A stretch of 64,000 nucleotides of DNA from Malacoraja senta (lineage: Eukaryota). The position numbers and the translations under genes are program-made. Of this stretch, positions 35,143 through 49,004 are shown one piece after another. Positions within the stretch are counted from its first letter, which is position 1. Each line of letters opens with the position of its first letter. The notes under the pieces were generated by a model. The model was given only the letters and a program-made list of their open reading frames with translations, did no database searches and had not been told where the DNA came from. Location: positions 248,001-312,000 of the forward strand of contig JAXLNO010000655.1 of NCBI GenBank assembly GCA_038087875.1. The letters are read 5' to 3'.

Positions 35143-37778
35143 GTCTCACTGTTTCTTAAACGTTGGTATAGTCCCTGCCTCAACTACCCACCTCTGGCAG
35201 TTCGTTCCATGCACCCAAGTGTGGAAATTGTTCCGTGCTGTATCTTTTAACGCTTCATAAAAAAAACCCAACAAAAGCATCACGACTTTTAACGTGGATT
35301 TACAGAGCTTCGGATCACAGAGTGTTAAAACAGCTAAGTTGTCTAAGCTGGAAGTTATTGTTTCGAGACAGAGCTTGGGAGAAATTCTGCAGCTGACTTG
35401 CAGCGCACCCTTTATCAATCACACCGGTGTCTGGCTCTCTGTCACATTTGTATTCAGTTCCCTACCCCACTATGTGCAGTGTGTCTGGAGGAAGTCTCCG
35501 CAGAAATATAAAAGCTCGTGCTTCAAGATGGAATAGTTTCCAGATTTCAAAGTCGGTCAGAAGACGAGGGCCCTTTGAGTAATTAGCCTTCTGCAGGTAG
35601 TTTGCTCAACGCCGAGCCTCCGTAAAGGAGAAGGAAGAGATCTAAGTGTAGCCAGATGAACTGGCCTGCTGCCAGCAGAGGCACAGCTCAACGGCGAGTG
35701 AATTTCCAAATCAGAAAATTGAGTTGTCTTGGAACGATGAGAGGATTTGACAGGGAAGGTCGAGGCTTTCTATTTTAGACTTTAGAACGAAGAACAATAC
35801 AGTGCAGGAGCAGGTCGGTGGAGACCATGATACCAAGTTCAACTGTACCAGGCCATTATCCCTTCATTCCTTCAGTTCAGTTCAGTTTAGTTTATTGTCA
35901 CGTGTGAAAAGCTTTCATTGCGTGCTAACAAGTCAGCGGAAAGATAATACATGATTTCAATCAAGCCATTTACAGTGTATAGATACATGATAAGGGAATA
36001 ACATTTAGTGCAAGGTAAAGCCAGTTGCCCGTTCATATGTCTGTCTAAATTTCTCTTAAATATTGATTTCATATCTGTCTCCACCACCACACCTGGCAGC
36101 TCGTTCCAAGCACCTACCATTCTCCGTGTAAAGAACGTGACTCATAAATCTCCTTTAAATTTTCTCCCTCTCACCTTAAGCCTATGCCCTCTAGTCTTTG
36201 ACATTTCTGCCCTGGGGAAAAGACATTGATCGATAGACACAAAGTGCTGGAGTAACTCAGCAGGAAGCTGAGGTCAGGAAGCATCTCTGGAGAACAAGGA
36301 TGGGTGACCTTTTTGGGTCAGATCCCTTCTTTAAACTTCAGAGTTTTTCACCAGAGATGATGCCTGACCCGCTGAGTAACTCCAGCACTTTGTGTCTAAC
36401 CTCGGTATAAACCAGCATCCGCAGTCCTTTCCAACACAACGACACTGATTGTCTACCCTATCTGTGTCTCTCAGAATTTCACATAATTCTACCAGGTCAC
36501 CCCTCGGCCTCCACTGCTCCAGGGAAAACATTCCAAGTTTGTCCAACCTCTCCTTATAGCTAATACCCTCTAATCCAGGCAGTGTTTTTGATAAACCTCT
36601 TCTGCACTGTATCCAAAGCCTCCACATCCTTCCTGTAACGTGATATTAGACCTATTCAGTATAGAGGGGTATAAATATATAACTCAAACCAGGCCATTTG
36701 AAAGTGATCTCACTTCCTCACGCTTATGACAGTGGAGATCTGAGACACATTCTCCAAAATTGTGTTGGGCTTATTGGTTTTGTTAGGTTAATCAAGGGCT
36801 CTGCTATAAAGACGGAACTAGGCTAAACATCATTCAAGGTCTACTAGATTGGTCTGAAAGCTGAATAGCTTCATCCTCTTTCAATGTCTATGTCGATTCT
36901 TATTCTTCGAGCCAAAGAGTCATGGAGCTGTACAGCATTGAAACAAGCAGTTCAACACATTGAGTCCATCTTGACCATCAACCATCCATTGACATTAATC
37001 TTTTATTAATCTCACATTATTTTAATTCTCCTCACATTCTCATCATTTGTCCTCTCCCCCAGATCCTACCGTTCTTCTATACTAGGGACAATTTACAGAG
37101 GCCAATTAACCTATAAACCCTATAGGTCTGAAGAAGGGCTCTGACCCGAAATATCACCCATTCTTCTTATCCAAAGGTGCTACCTGACCTGCTGACTAAC
37201 ACCAACAATTTGTGTCAAACCTACGAACCCGCTGTCTTTGGACTGTGGGAAGAAACCTGAGCACCCAGAGGAAACCCACATGGTTGCAGGGAGAACGTGT
37301 GAACACCACACAGACAGCACCTGAGGTCAGGATTAAACCCGGGTCTCTGGCGCCGTGCGGCAGTGGATCTATCGCCTCTCAAACCCTGTAGTTTAATAAA
37401 TTAGACTCTGTCACAGACTCCCCAACCAGAGGAATCTACCATTTCTTTCAATCAGGTCTTATTGTCAAAACACAAAGTGCTGGAGGAACTCAGTGGGTCA
37501 GGCAGCATCTGTGGGGGGAATGGACAGAAGACTTTTTGGGTTGGGACCATTATTCAGACTGATCAGTCTGAACTTTGCTAGATTCAAACCTAAACTCTAT
37601 ACCTTACTCCCTTCAAGGCCAACATGTAGTAAAGATTTTATTGCATTGATAAAGGGATGGTAACCTTCAAAGAGGAATACTGGTATCCTGGCTGGATTAG
37701 ATGGTGTTGGCTACAAGGAGAGGATGGATCAACTTTGGTTGTTTTCTCTGGGTGCTAGAGGTCGAATGGAGACCTGAT

Positions 37779-37875
37779 CTTCTTACTTACTTCTTCTTAA
37801 GCCCTTTGCACCTCGAGGGAGCACAGGCCATTGACAAATGTCCTCCACCTCACTCGGGTGTTGGCAGTTCTTTCC
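37779..37875 (-). mobile_element. Short RTE 3' fragment inserted in a CR1
   Basis: Reverse complement of 8290-8370; 9-bp TSD AGACCTGAT at 37770-37778 and 37876-37884. Confidence 0.85.
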
Positions 37876-38704
37876 AGACCTGATAGAAGTATCTAAAATT
37901 ATGAGCGACATAGATATGGTAGACAGTCAGAACCTTTTACCCAAGGTGGAAATGTCAATGATGAATCGCATAGCTTTAAGATCAGAGGGGGGAAATTTAA
38001 AGCAGATGCGTGGGGCAAGTTTTTTGCACAGAGTGTGGTGGGTGCCTGGAACATGCTGTCTGGGGGTGAAGGCAGATACAATAGTGACGTTTAAGGGACT
38101 TTTAGATAGGCACATAGATATGAAGGGAATGGGGGGATACGGATCATGTGCAGGCAGAGGAGATTAACCTGGCATTATGTTCGGCACAGACATTGTGGGC
38201 TGAAGGGCCTGTTCCTGTCTTATTTTGTACCATGTTCAACGTTCTAAGATACTGCATACCTCGCAAAGATCACTGCAAAAACCAGCATTACACGGCACAA
38301 TAAATAGTGTTTGGTTTCAACTGAGACGTCAATTAGCAAACTCCTAATGATTGTGTTTCTGCGCTTGAGTGCGGCAACTGCAATTAGCTAATTAACACAC
38401 AACAGTGTGTTATTGAAATCTTTGAATAAGATTTGGTGATGGCCCACAGTGCTGTCAGATGGACATCATTATAAGCTGCGGGATGTCGTCAGGCCCAGAT
38501 GGTGATGTTTTATGCTGTGGGTTATAACTGGGGAGCTCAGGCAGGGAACAAACTGCAATTAGTTTGTGTCAGAGAGTCATAGACTCATAGAGTCAGAGAG
38601 TCAGACTGCCTATCCCCCCTCTGCTCGCTTAATGCACATGAAGGGTCTCGACCTGAATCATCAACTGGCCATTTCCCTCCACACGTGTAGCTCAACATGT
38701 TGAG

Positions 38705-39170
38705 TTAGAGTCATAGAGTCATACAATGTGGAAACAGGCCCTTTGGCCCAACTTCCTCACACTGGGCAACATGTCCCAGCTACATTAGTCCCACCTGCCT
38801 GCGTTTGGCCCATATCCCTCTAAATCTATCCTTTCCATGTACCTGTCTAAATGTTTCTTAAACGTTGCAATAGTACCTGCCCCAAATACCTCCTCCAGCA
38901 GCTCGTTCCATACACCCACCACCATTTGTGTTAAAAAGTTACTCCTCAGGTTCCTATTAAATCTTTCCCCCCTCACCTTAAACCGACATCCTCTGGTTCT
39001 GGATTCCCCTACTCTGGGCAAGAGACCCTGTGCGTTTACCTGATCTATTCCTCTCATGATTTTGTGCACCTCTATAAGATCACCCCTCATCCTCCTGAGC
39101 TCCAAGGAGTAGCGTCTGAGCCTGCTCAATATTTCCCTATAGCTCAGGCCCTCGAGTCCTGGCAACATCA
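38705..39170 (-). mobile_element. CR1 3' fragment
   Basis: ORF 38785-39170 MLPGLEGLSYRE..GRWD*; GACTCTAT tail. Confidence 0.88.
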
Positions 39171-39229
39171 ACATGCTTGTATTCAAAAGGGAATCTGAAA
39201 ATACAGGTAACTGTGACATTTAGCTGTCT

Positions 39230-39440
39230 TGAGTTCAGCCATGGCTCCGTGATGATGATCTTGCCTGTCAGGGAGTTGTGTGCCTTAATCCCCAACCTCA
39301 GAGATTTGAACACACATTCCTAGCTGGCACTGAGGGAGCTGTGCACCGTCAGAGGTGCCATTACCTGAATGAAAGGTTACATTTCAAACCCAGTCATTCT
39401 GTCAGGGAAGTGAAAAGGATTTGATTTATTTTTTCATGGA
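39230..39440 (+). mobile_element. DeuSINE (SacSINE1-like) relic
   Basis: CAGCCATGGCTC..CAGAGATTTGAACAC..CTGAGGGAGCTGTGCACCGTCAGAGGTGCCA. Confidence 0.55.
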
Positions 39441-39492
39441 GACACGTGAAACTGCTGGAAACATGAGAAAAAGCAAAAGTATGGAGGAACTC

Positions 39493-39812
39493 ACAGTAGC
39501 ACAGTGATGCCGCAGTAGAGTTGCTGCCTTACAGCGCCAGTGACCCAGGTTAGATCCTGACTACTGGTGCTGTCCGTATGGAGTTTGCGCGTTCTCCCTG
39601 TGACCGCGTGGGTTTTCTCCGGGTGCTCTGGTTTCCTCCCACATTGCAAAAATGTACAGGTTTGTAGGTTAATTGGCTTCTGTAAAATTGCCCATTGGTG
39701 GGTAGGATGCGAAACTGGGATGACATAGGACTAAAGAAGAGTCTGTTTCCACGCCATGTCTTCAAACTAAACTAAACTAAACTAAACTGAACTGAACTGA
39801 ACTAAACTAAAC
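39493..39812 (+). mobile_element. V-SINE
   Basis: Head, V-domain and long (TAAAC/TGAAC)n tail. Confidence 0.85.
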
Positions 39813-40184
39813 AATGAGTCAGGCAGCATCTGTGGAAGGAATGGACAGACAACATTTCTAGTCACGATCGTTCTTCAATGCAATGCCCATCTCCTGCACT
39901 TGCATCTCGATTTTTATTTATGTTTTGCCAGGACGTCTTGTATTTTGCATTATATTTCTTTTCACTGCCTTGTAGAATTTATGTGCAATGTACGTACAAT
40001 TTATGCTTTGTGTGTTTTCTGAGACCCTGTGCCTGTGATGTTGCTGTAAGTAAGATTTTTATTGTGCCTGTACCTCACCGTACATGTGCATATGACAATC
40101 AACTGGTCTTGACTTGACTTGGTCCACAATCGTGATCTTCAGTTATGACTGGGTGCGGGAAAGATAATGCCTGGAATGCACCAT

Positions 40185-40622
40185 CACAAGTACTGACCTC
40201 CCCGCCATTGAAGGGATCTATGGGAGGCGCTGCCTCAAAAAGGCACCCAACATCATCAGAGAGCCACACCACCCTGGCCACGCTCTCATCTCACTCCTAC
40301 CATCAGGGAGAAGGTACAGAAGCCTGTAAAATGTCACCACCAGGTTCAAGAACAGCTTCTTCCCGTCAACCATCAGGCTCGTGAACACTTCACAACACTA
40401 ACCGCAGCAGCTATGAACTTCTTTGGACTGTGTCTTTAGTTGACTACAGACTTCAATTATTGCGTTATTAATGACTGTGTCTGCATTATTTTAATACCTA
40501 CTAATATATATTATATATGATCTGTATGTTATTTTGTTTACAAGTCTGCAAAGCTGCAGCCAGTATGTATTTTGTTATTCCATCATTGGTTTATATCACA
40601 AACATTCTTGACTCTTGACTCT
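40185..40622 (+). mobile_element. Rex1/Babar 3' fragment
   Basis: ..DLPAIEGIY.RRCLKKA.NII..HHPGHALISLLPSGRRYRSL; CTTGACT tail. Confidence 0.75.
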
Positions 40623-40827
40623 CTTGAAAGGTCAAATATATTGATAAGGTTTGATTATAAAAATCTCCATGTCCAATTGTACGGTTGTTGAACTGTGCAG
40701 AGAATTTTCTGTCAGATTTGGCTACAGAAAATAGCATTATGATTTAATGGCCATCGCTTAATAACTTCCAAGCCTTTGTCTATTGCACGAATCTATTAAA
40801 AAGCATGTCTGAGGAAGGATCACAATC

Positions 40828-41227
40828 CTTGGAGTGCAGGAGAATGAGGGGGGGGGGTCTTATAGAGGTGTACAAAATCATGAGAGGAATAGATAGGGTA
40901 GATGCACAGAGTCTCTTGCCCAGAGTAGGGGAATCGAGGACCAGTGGACATAGGTTTAAGGTGAAGGGGAAAAGATTAAGTAGGAATCTGAGGGGTAACG
41001 TTTTCATACAAAGGGTGATGGGTGTATGGAATAAACTGTAAGAGGAGGTAGTCAAGGCAGGGAATATTGCAATGTTTACGAAACAATTAGAGATGCATGG
41101 ACAGGACAGGTTTGGAGGGATATGGGGCCAAATGCAGGCAGGTGGGACTAATGTAGATAGGAGATGTTGGTCCGTGTGGGCAGGTTGGGCCAAAGGGCCT
41201 GTTGCCATGCTGTATGACTCTATGACT
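40828..41227 (+). mobile_element. CR1 3' fragment
   Basis: LIEVYKIMRGIDRVDAQSLLPRVGESRT..; GACTCTAT tail. Confidence 0.85.
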
Positions 41228-41782
41228 GTTGCTGATTAAAACATTGCCTGTCTATTTCCTCCATAGATGCTGCCTGACCTGCTGAGTTCCTCCAGCACTT
41301 TGTGTTTTACTCAAGGCTCCAGCATCTGCGGTTTCATGGGTCTCCATTGAAAAGCATATCTACTAACTCCCTCATAAGAAGACCATACCACATGTAAACC
41401 ATACGCATATAAGCAGCTACCTCTGTTCTCTGGCATCTTAGCATGATTAAATTATCAATCAAAAAAGATGGTAATAAATATATCAATTTTGTTGGCCTTA
41501 TTCCAAAAAAATGTTTCCCTCCAGTATTGACCTGCAGTATTTTTAATGTTAATTTCTTCAGCATTTCATCATTCATTGCAGGCTGCTCCACAATGAAACA
41601 TTCCCCAGTCCCATTCCATCTTACTACCTGTTTATCGCACCACTGCTATTCATCATTTAGTTTACTGCTGCTTTTCAATATCTTGCTTTGATTGATTCAT
41701 AGGTTGTTTCATTAAAAGAGCAAAATGGTGCCACTCGTGTGAAATGATTTACTTTGTCCTACCTTTCAGACAGTATCATTTC

Positions 41783-41982
41783 NNNNNNNNNNNNNNNNNN
41801 NNNNNNNNNNNNNNNNNNNNNNNNNNNNNNNNNNNNNNNNNNNNNNNNNNNNNNNNNNNNNNNNNNNNNNNNNNNNNNNNNNNNNNNNNNNNNNNNNNNN
41901 NNNNNNNNNNNNNNNNNNNNNNNNNNNNNNNNNNNNNNNNNNNNNNNNNNNNNNNNNNNNNNNNNNNNNNNNNNNNNNNNNN
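41783..41982. other. Assembly gap (200 N)
   Basis: Run of N. Confidence 1.
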
Positions 41983-42989
41983 AGGATGTTGTCAGGCCTG
42001 AGCTATAGGGAGAAGTTGGCTAGGATAGGTCTTAATTCCTTGGATTGTAGGAGACAGGGATGATCTGATAGAGGTATTTAAATCATGAGGGGAGTAAATA
42101 AGGTGAATGCACAGAGTATTTTACCTTGCAAAGGGCAATCAAGAACTAGAGAGCAGAGGTTTAAAGTGAGATGGGAAAGATTGAATTGGAAACTGAGGGG
42201 CAATTTTTTTACACAGAGGGTGGTGGACATATAGAACAAGCTGCCCGAAGAAGTAGATGAGGCTGCTGCAATAACATAATTTAAAAGACATTTGGACAGG
42301 TGCATGGATAGGAATGGTTTAGAGGGATATGGGCCAAAGGTAAGTAAATAGGACTAGCCTAGAGGGTTGTATCCATTGGTCGGCATGGATGAGTTGGGCC
42401 GAAGGGCGTTTCCATGCTGTACTACTCTACGGCCATGTAAAAGCTGTGAAATACAGGTCGGAGCTGAAGAAAAATGCCCAGGAGGTCAAGCAGCATCAAC
42501 AGAGAGAGAAATTCCAAAAGAATCCTTTCTGAATGCTGGTGACTGCAAGGACATTTTTGGTCCAGAGTAGTTTTGGTGGGTGGTTGATGCAGTGTTTGGC
42601 TCCTGTTGCCGAAGTGTTTGCAAGGCAAGTAGTTAAGGCTGGACTTCATTGGCAAGGATACGGTGTGTATTTTACTTTCATCAATATTGGACAATCCCTT
42701 GATGCACATCAATAAATGTGACAAAGCGTTTAATGAAAATTCTGTTTGTGTCTTAATAAAATATTTAAACCAGATCCTCTTGATTAAACAATGACTCACT
42801 ACAAAGCTGTTTTTGCTCTGAAAGCAATTTTTTTTTACACAAATGGAATGACATAAAAGTGGAACTAGAACTGTGATGTTGACACATTGCTTGTTGAGCG
42901 TTTTACTGTATTGCCATTAACTAGTCCTGGGTCACCGGAGGTCATCTCGAGCAGGGGAGCGAGAAGCGTAAATCTGCTGTTGATGTTTT

Positions 42990-43288
42990 AGAGTTTTAGA
43001 GGTTAGAGATACAGCGCGGAAACAGGCCCTTTGGCCCACCGAGTCCGTGCAGACCAGCGACCCCTGGATATTAACACTATCCTACACACACTAGGGACAA
43101 TTTATACCAAGCCAATTAACCGAAAGGCCTGTACGTCATTGGAGTGTGGGAGGAAACAGGAGATCTCGGAGAAAACCCACGCAGGTCACGGGGAGAACGT
43201 ACAAACTCCGTACAGACAAGCACACGTGGTCAGGATCATACCCAGGTCTCTGGCACTGTAAGGCAACAACTCTGCGCCACCATGCAGC
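42990..43288 (-). mobile_element. V-SINE
   Basis: Reverse-complement SINE consensus. Confidence 0.85.
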
Positions 43289-43956
43289 CCAACATGATGA
43301 AAGGAAGGAACTCAAGTTGGTTGGAGGTTACTGCGTGTTTCTGGAGGGATATGCTGAGGTTCGATGAGTGGGCAAGAATTTGGCCAAGTCAAACCGAGTT
43401 TAATGTCATCTGCAGAAGTACAGAGAGATACTGGCACGATGAATATCTTGCTTATGAGGTTGTCCACTTTGGGGGCACAGTGGGCGAACTAGTAGAACCG
43501 CTGGCTCACTGCGCCAGACACTCAGGATCAACCCAGACCTCGGGTGCTGTCTGTGTGGAGCTGGCATGTTCTTCCTGTGTCTCTGTAAGCTTTCCTTCAG
43601 GTGCTCCAGTTTCCTCCCACATCCCAAAGACGTGTGGCCCTGGCAGGTTAATCATCCTCTGTAAATTGTTCCTAGGGTGCAGATGAGAACGTGAGAACAA
43701 AAAGCAGGATTGCTGAGCGATTAGTGTAATCGGACGATTGATGGCCAGAATGGACCCGATGGGTTGAAGGGCCAGTATTGTTCCGTTACGACACTATAGG
43801 ATGGGAAGAAGTGTCATATTTTAGGGAAGAAAGTGTCATATTTATACAGGGTGAGAATGCAGAAAGCCAGTGTGCAGTTCTGGTAGCCCCATTACAGGAT
43901 GGATGTGGAGGCTTTAGAGAGAGTGCTGAAGAGGTTCACCACAATGCTGCCTGGAT

Positions 43957-44212
<256 letters not shown>

Positions 44213-44625
44213 TGCCTTTATTGTCATTCAGACCGAAGTCTGGACGAAATTGCAGCAGTCATACATAGAATACAATAAAAACAACAATAAACACATATTA
44301 ACATCCACCACAGTGAGTCCACCCAGCATCTCCTCACTGTGATGGAGGCAAAAGTCTTAGGTCTGCAGTCTCTTCCCTCCTCTTCTCCCTCTGCGCTGAG
44401 GCGATACCCCCCTGGCGATGTTAAATCAGTCCCGCGGTGGTCGAAGCTGCCGCCCACCAGTCCTGCAGACGCAGCCGCTGGCCCGCGGCCGAACCCCGGC
44501 CTCAGGCCACCACCGCCAGAACACCGTCCCAGCCACCCTCACGTGAGTACCGTGCCGTCTTCAGCCTCGGGCTGGGCCGCCCCGACATGGGCGCCGAACC
44601 TCCCCCGGGCCGGGCCGCCCCGACA
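44213..44625 (-). mobile_element. CpG-rich non-autonomous retroelement inserted in a CR1
   Basis: Same 3' block as 1308-1770; ATTAGA duplicated at both ends; host CR1 (MLPGL | ..ERLDKL) resumes after it. Confidence 0.65.
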
Positions 44626-46514
44626 TTAGAAGCTAATAGCTAAAAGGAGAGGCTGGACAAACTGTTGTCCCTGGAGTGTCAGGGGCAGAGGGGGAGACCT
44701 GATAGAAGTGTATCCATTTTGAGAGGCATAGATAGACTATACAATCAGAAATATTTTCCCAGGGTGCAAGTGTCAAGTATTAGAGGGCATAGCTTTAAGG
44801 TCGGAGGGAGAAAGTTTGAAGGAGATATGCGGGTCAAGCATTTTTACACTGGGGTCAAGGAAAGAGCGTTCACGTCGCGGCCCTGTTTTCACCAATCTTT
44901 CCACCACCACACACAAGAAGCGCAAGAAGCGCAAGACAGACACCATTGTATGCAGATGCCGAGAAGTGTGTTCAGCTCTGGCTGAACAACTTCTAATCTT
45001 GTGTGTGGACTCGATAAGAAGAAGAATGTTTACACCGGCTGGTGGGTGTGTTGAACACGCTGCCAGGAGCAGTGGTGGAAGCAGCTAGACTAGTGGTGTT
45101 TAAGAGAGTTTTAGATAGACGGATGGCTATACAGGAAATGGAGGGATATAGATCGTGTGCAGGCAGGTGAGATTAGTTTGAGTTGGCATCATGTTCAGCA
45201 CAGACATTGTGGGCTAAAGATCTTTTCACTGCTTTGTCGTGTTCTATGTCGGATATAGAGAGGCCTGGTGTGACAAATTCACTTTACAGGAATGCAATAG
45301 ACTGCAGAGAGTGGCAGACTTAGCCTTTCCCTGCATTGAATGTATCTACATGAGGTGGTGCCTCAAGAAGGTAGCATATATCATCAAGGACTGTCACCAT
45401 CTGGCAATGCCTTCTTCTCACAGTTACCATCTGACGGGAGGTATAGAAGCCTGAAATCCCAACCATCGGCCGTCAGGTTCTTGAACCAACAATGCAACCT
45501 TAACCCTACCTCGCCAATGGAACAACATGGACCACCTCTTGCACTACCATGGACATGTTTCATTTTTGAATTGTGTTTAGCATTAAACATCTTCTTCCTG
45601 TGTCCGATTCACAAAAGTCAGTGAAGGGACAATGCAAGGGCCTTGGGAGAACATGGGCAGCTGACGCTTGGGGTGGGGACCCTTCTTCAGAGTGGAGGAG
45701 GGTTCCGACCCGAAACGTCACCTGTCCATGCTCTCCAGAGATGCTGCCTGACCCGCTGAGTCACTCCAGCACTTTGTGTAAACCAGCATCTGAAATTCCT
45801 TGTTCCGACAATGCAAAGACCTTTAGCCACTTGCTGAACAATGGAAGGTCTTGCCACAAATCTAGAAGCCTGGCATCATCTTCCCCAGCCTTACTTTGAG
45901 ATGCTGGCTGCTGGCCAGCAGGCTAAGGGAAGATGTTTTGGTATCTATGCCCTGCACCCACTCTCAAGGTCACCTTCTCCCCACCTCATACCTGCTTCTG
46001 CAGCTCATTAACAAGCTTGCACCAAACCTTGTACACCAGCAGCAGGAGCCAGCAATGCGCACGCCTTTTTTTCTAACACACTGACACATTAATCTCCGAA
46101 AGATTAGTTCCATAAAATATGCAATGCGATAATTAATTAAAACATCCGAAAACTCGGCCAGGTGCCAGGTGCAGATGTTCCAAGTTGCCAGGTAGTATTT
46201 ATAGCTGCATTTCATGTTTACCGAAGGCACTTAGCCAGTTGGTGAGATGCAAGGCTCTGTCTACAGGAAGGCACCAGCTTTTGATCTATTGAACAGACGG
46301 AAGCATGAAAAAAGAGCAGGCAACCAAGTTGAAAGAGTATTGCTCGACCTTCTATGGAAGAGCCAGTGATGACAGGAGGGGAGCTGCCCAGTGTGCTGGC
46401 CCATCAATGCTGCATTCATGTTAGTCATGTTCACAAGTTCATTAGTGATAGGAGTCGAACTATGCCATTCAGCCCATCAAGTCTACTCCACCATTCAGTC
46501 ATGGCTGATCTATT

Positions 46515-46686
46515 GAAGATAGACACAAAAAGCTGGAGTAACTCAGCGAGACAGGCTGCACCTTCAGTCTCGACCCGAAGCGTCACCCCTTCCTTCTCTC
46601 CAGAGATGCTGCCTGTCCTGCTGAGTTACTCCAGCTTTTTGGGTCTATCAGCAGTTTAAACCAGCATCTGCAGTTCCTTCCTACAC
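46515..46686. mobile_element. Penelope-derived fold-back mini-element in a CR1 3' UTR
   Basis: GATAGACACAAAAAGCTGGAGTAACTCAGC / GCTGAGTTACTCCAGCTTTTTGGGTCTATC arms; ATGGC(T/A)GATC(T/A)AT duplicated on both sides. Confidence 0.7.
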
Positions 46687-47099
46687 ATGGCAGATCAATC
46701 TTTCCCTCCTAACCCCATTCTCCTGCCTTCTCCCCATAACCCCTGACACCCGTACTAATCAAGAATCTATCTACCTCTGTCTTAAAAATATCCATTGACT
46801 TGGCCTCCACAGCCTTCTGCGGCAATGAATTCCACAGATTCACCACCCTCTTAAAAGTCCTTTAATTCTGAGGCTATGACCTCTAGTCCTAGACTCTCCC
46901 ACTAGTGGAAACATCCTCTCCACGTCCACTATATCCAAGCCTTTCACTATTCTGTACATTTCAATGAGGTCCCCCCTCATTCTTCTAAACTCCAGCGAAT
47001 ATAGGCCCAGGGCCGTTAAACGATTTGAAATCTTTGAAGTAACACTCACTGTGACCCCCAATACAAAGCATCATCGGTGAAGGAATCTTATCTGTGACT

Positions 47100-47858
47100 G
47101 CTCACCTTACAGCGCCAGAGACACGAGTTCGATCCTGACCATGGGTGGTGTCTGTACAGAGTTTGCACGTTCTCCCCGTGACCGTGTGGGTTTTCTCCAG
47201 GATCTCCGGTTTTCTCCCGCACTCCAAAGGCGTACAGGTTTGTAGGCTAATTGGATTCGGTAAAAATTGTACATTGTCCTTCGCGTGTAGAAAAGTGCTC
47301 GTGCACAGGGTGATCGCTGGTCGGCGCAGACTCGGTGGGTCGAAGGGTCTGTTTCTGCGCTGTATCTCTAAACTAAACCTAACTAAACTAAACCTAACCC
47401 TGAACTCTTTTCCACATTCTCAGCTCCCCAGTGTATTATCCACACTGTTACCACTTCAATCTGATGAGGGAATGTCTGAAGGCTGATTTAGTCTCCAATG
47501 GGGCCAAGATGAAATGATGCCAGCAGAGGATTGGAAATCAATGCTGTTATTCACTGCTAGTGTTTGTTTTATCAATTCATTCAGAAGATGAATTAATTTT
47601 TTTTTTGTTTAGAGATACAGGCCCTTCGGCCCACCAAGTCCGCACCGACCAGCGATTCCGCACACTAACACTAGTCCAACACACACTAGGGACAATTTAC
47701 ATTTATACCAAGCCAATTAACCGACAAACCCGTACGTCTTTGGAGTGTGTGAGAAAACCCACGCAGGTCTTTGTACCGACAGCACCCGTAGTCAGGATGG
47801 AGTCTGGGTCTCTGGCGCTGTACGGCAGGCGCTTTGCCACTATGCCACCGTGTCGCCC
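47100..47858. mobile_element. Two V-SINEs (+ 47100-47397, - 47605-47858)
   Basis: SINE consensus on opposite strands. Confidence 0.8.
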
Positions 47859-48109
47859 TTGAATTGATAGGAACGTTTAAGAGGGAGTGGGGCTTTAATG
47901 AAGGATAAAAGATTATGAAGAGCATAGGTAAAGTGAATGCTCACGTTTTTTTTAGAGGGATAGATTTAAGCAAAAAACAAAGTCCTGGAGTAACTTCTCG
48001 GGTGAGGCAGGATTCACAGAGTGAATGGACAGACCACGTTTCTGATTGGGACCCTTCTTCAGAAAACGGCATAGATTTAAGGTGAGGGGAAAGATTTAAA
48101 AAGGACTGA

Positions 48110-48666
48110 ATTTAGTTTTAGTTTAGTTTAAAAGTTTAGAGATACATCATGGGAACAGGCCCTTCGGCCCACCGAGTCCATGCCGACCAACAATCACCCC
48201 ATACACTAGCTCAGCCCTACACACTAGGCACAATTTACAGAAGCCAATTGACCTACAAATCTGCACTTTGTTGGAATGTGGGAGGAAACCGGAGCACCCG
48301 GAGAAAACCCACGCGGTCACAGGGAGAACGCGCAAACTCCACACAGACAGTACCCTCCGTCAGGATTGAACCCGGGTCTCTGCCGCTGTAAAGGGGCCTG
48401 TCCCACTTTGCCGTCATTTGCGCGTAATTTACGCGACATCATTTACGCGTCATGATGCACGACGCTCGCGTCATGACACGCACGTGGTACGCATGGTGCG
48501 CATTACGCGTGCATGGTGCATGGTGACATAGGCAGTGATGTGAAGTCGCGAGCGGCTCCCCAGGATTTTGGTATGTACAAAATCTTTGCGCGCCATTTGC
48601 GTGACGCGCAAATGACGGCCAAGTGGGACAGGCCCTCAAAGCAGCAACTCTACCGCCACGCCACCT
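48110..48666 (-). mobile_element. V-SINE interrupted by a Harbinger-like MITE
   Basis: SINE head GCTGTAA|AGCAGCAACTC is split at 48392-48636. Confidence 0.8.
48392..48636. mobile_element. PIF/Harbinger-like MITE (body type D)
   Basis: TIR GGGCCTGTCCCACTT(T/G)GCCGTCATTTGCGCGT; TAA/CAA flanks. Confidence 0.8.
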
Positions 48667-49004
48667 TGAGTCTCACAAGTGAGAGGCAAACTTTTCACAC
48701 TGGGGGCGGTTCATATACGGTCCGAGCTGCCAGAGGAGGTCGCAGAGGTGAGTACAATAACGACAGGTAAAACACACTTGGCTTGGCACATGAATAGGAA
48801 AAGTTAAGAGGTATATGGGCCAGACACAATCAAGTGGTTGGTCAGGTAACTTAGTCGGCATAGACTAAGGGCCCATCCATGACTCCATGACTAAGTCCAT
48901 GAGTCCATGGCTCTGAGTCACTCGCTCATGGATACTCAGCCACCGTCATCCTCATGTACCAGCGGGACACTGGTCAATGGTCCCCAGGATGTTGATGGAG
49001 GGAG

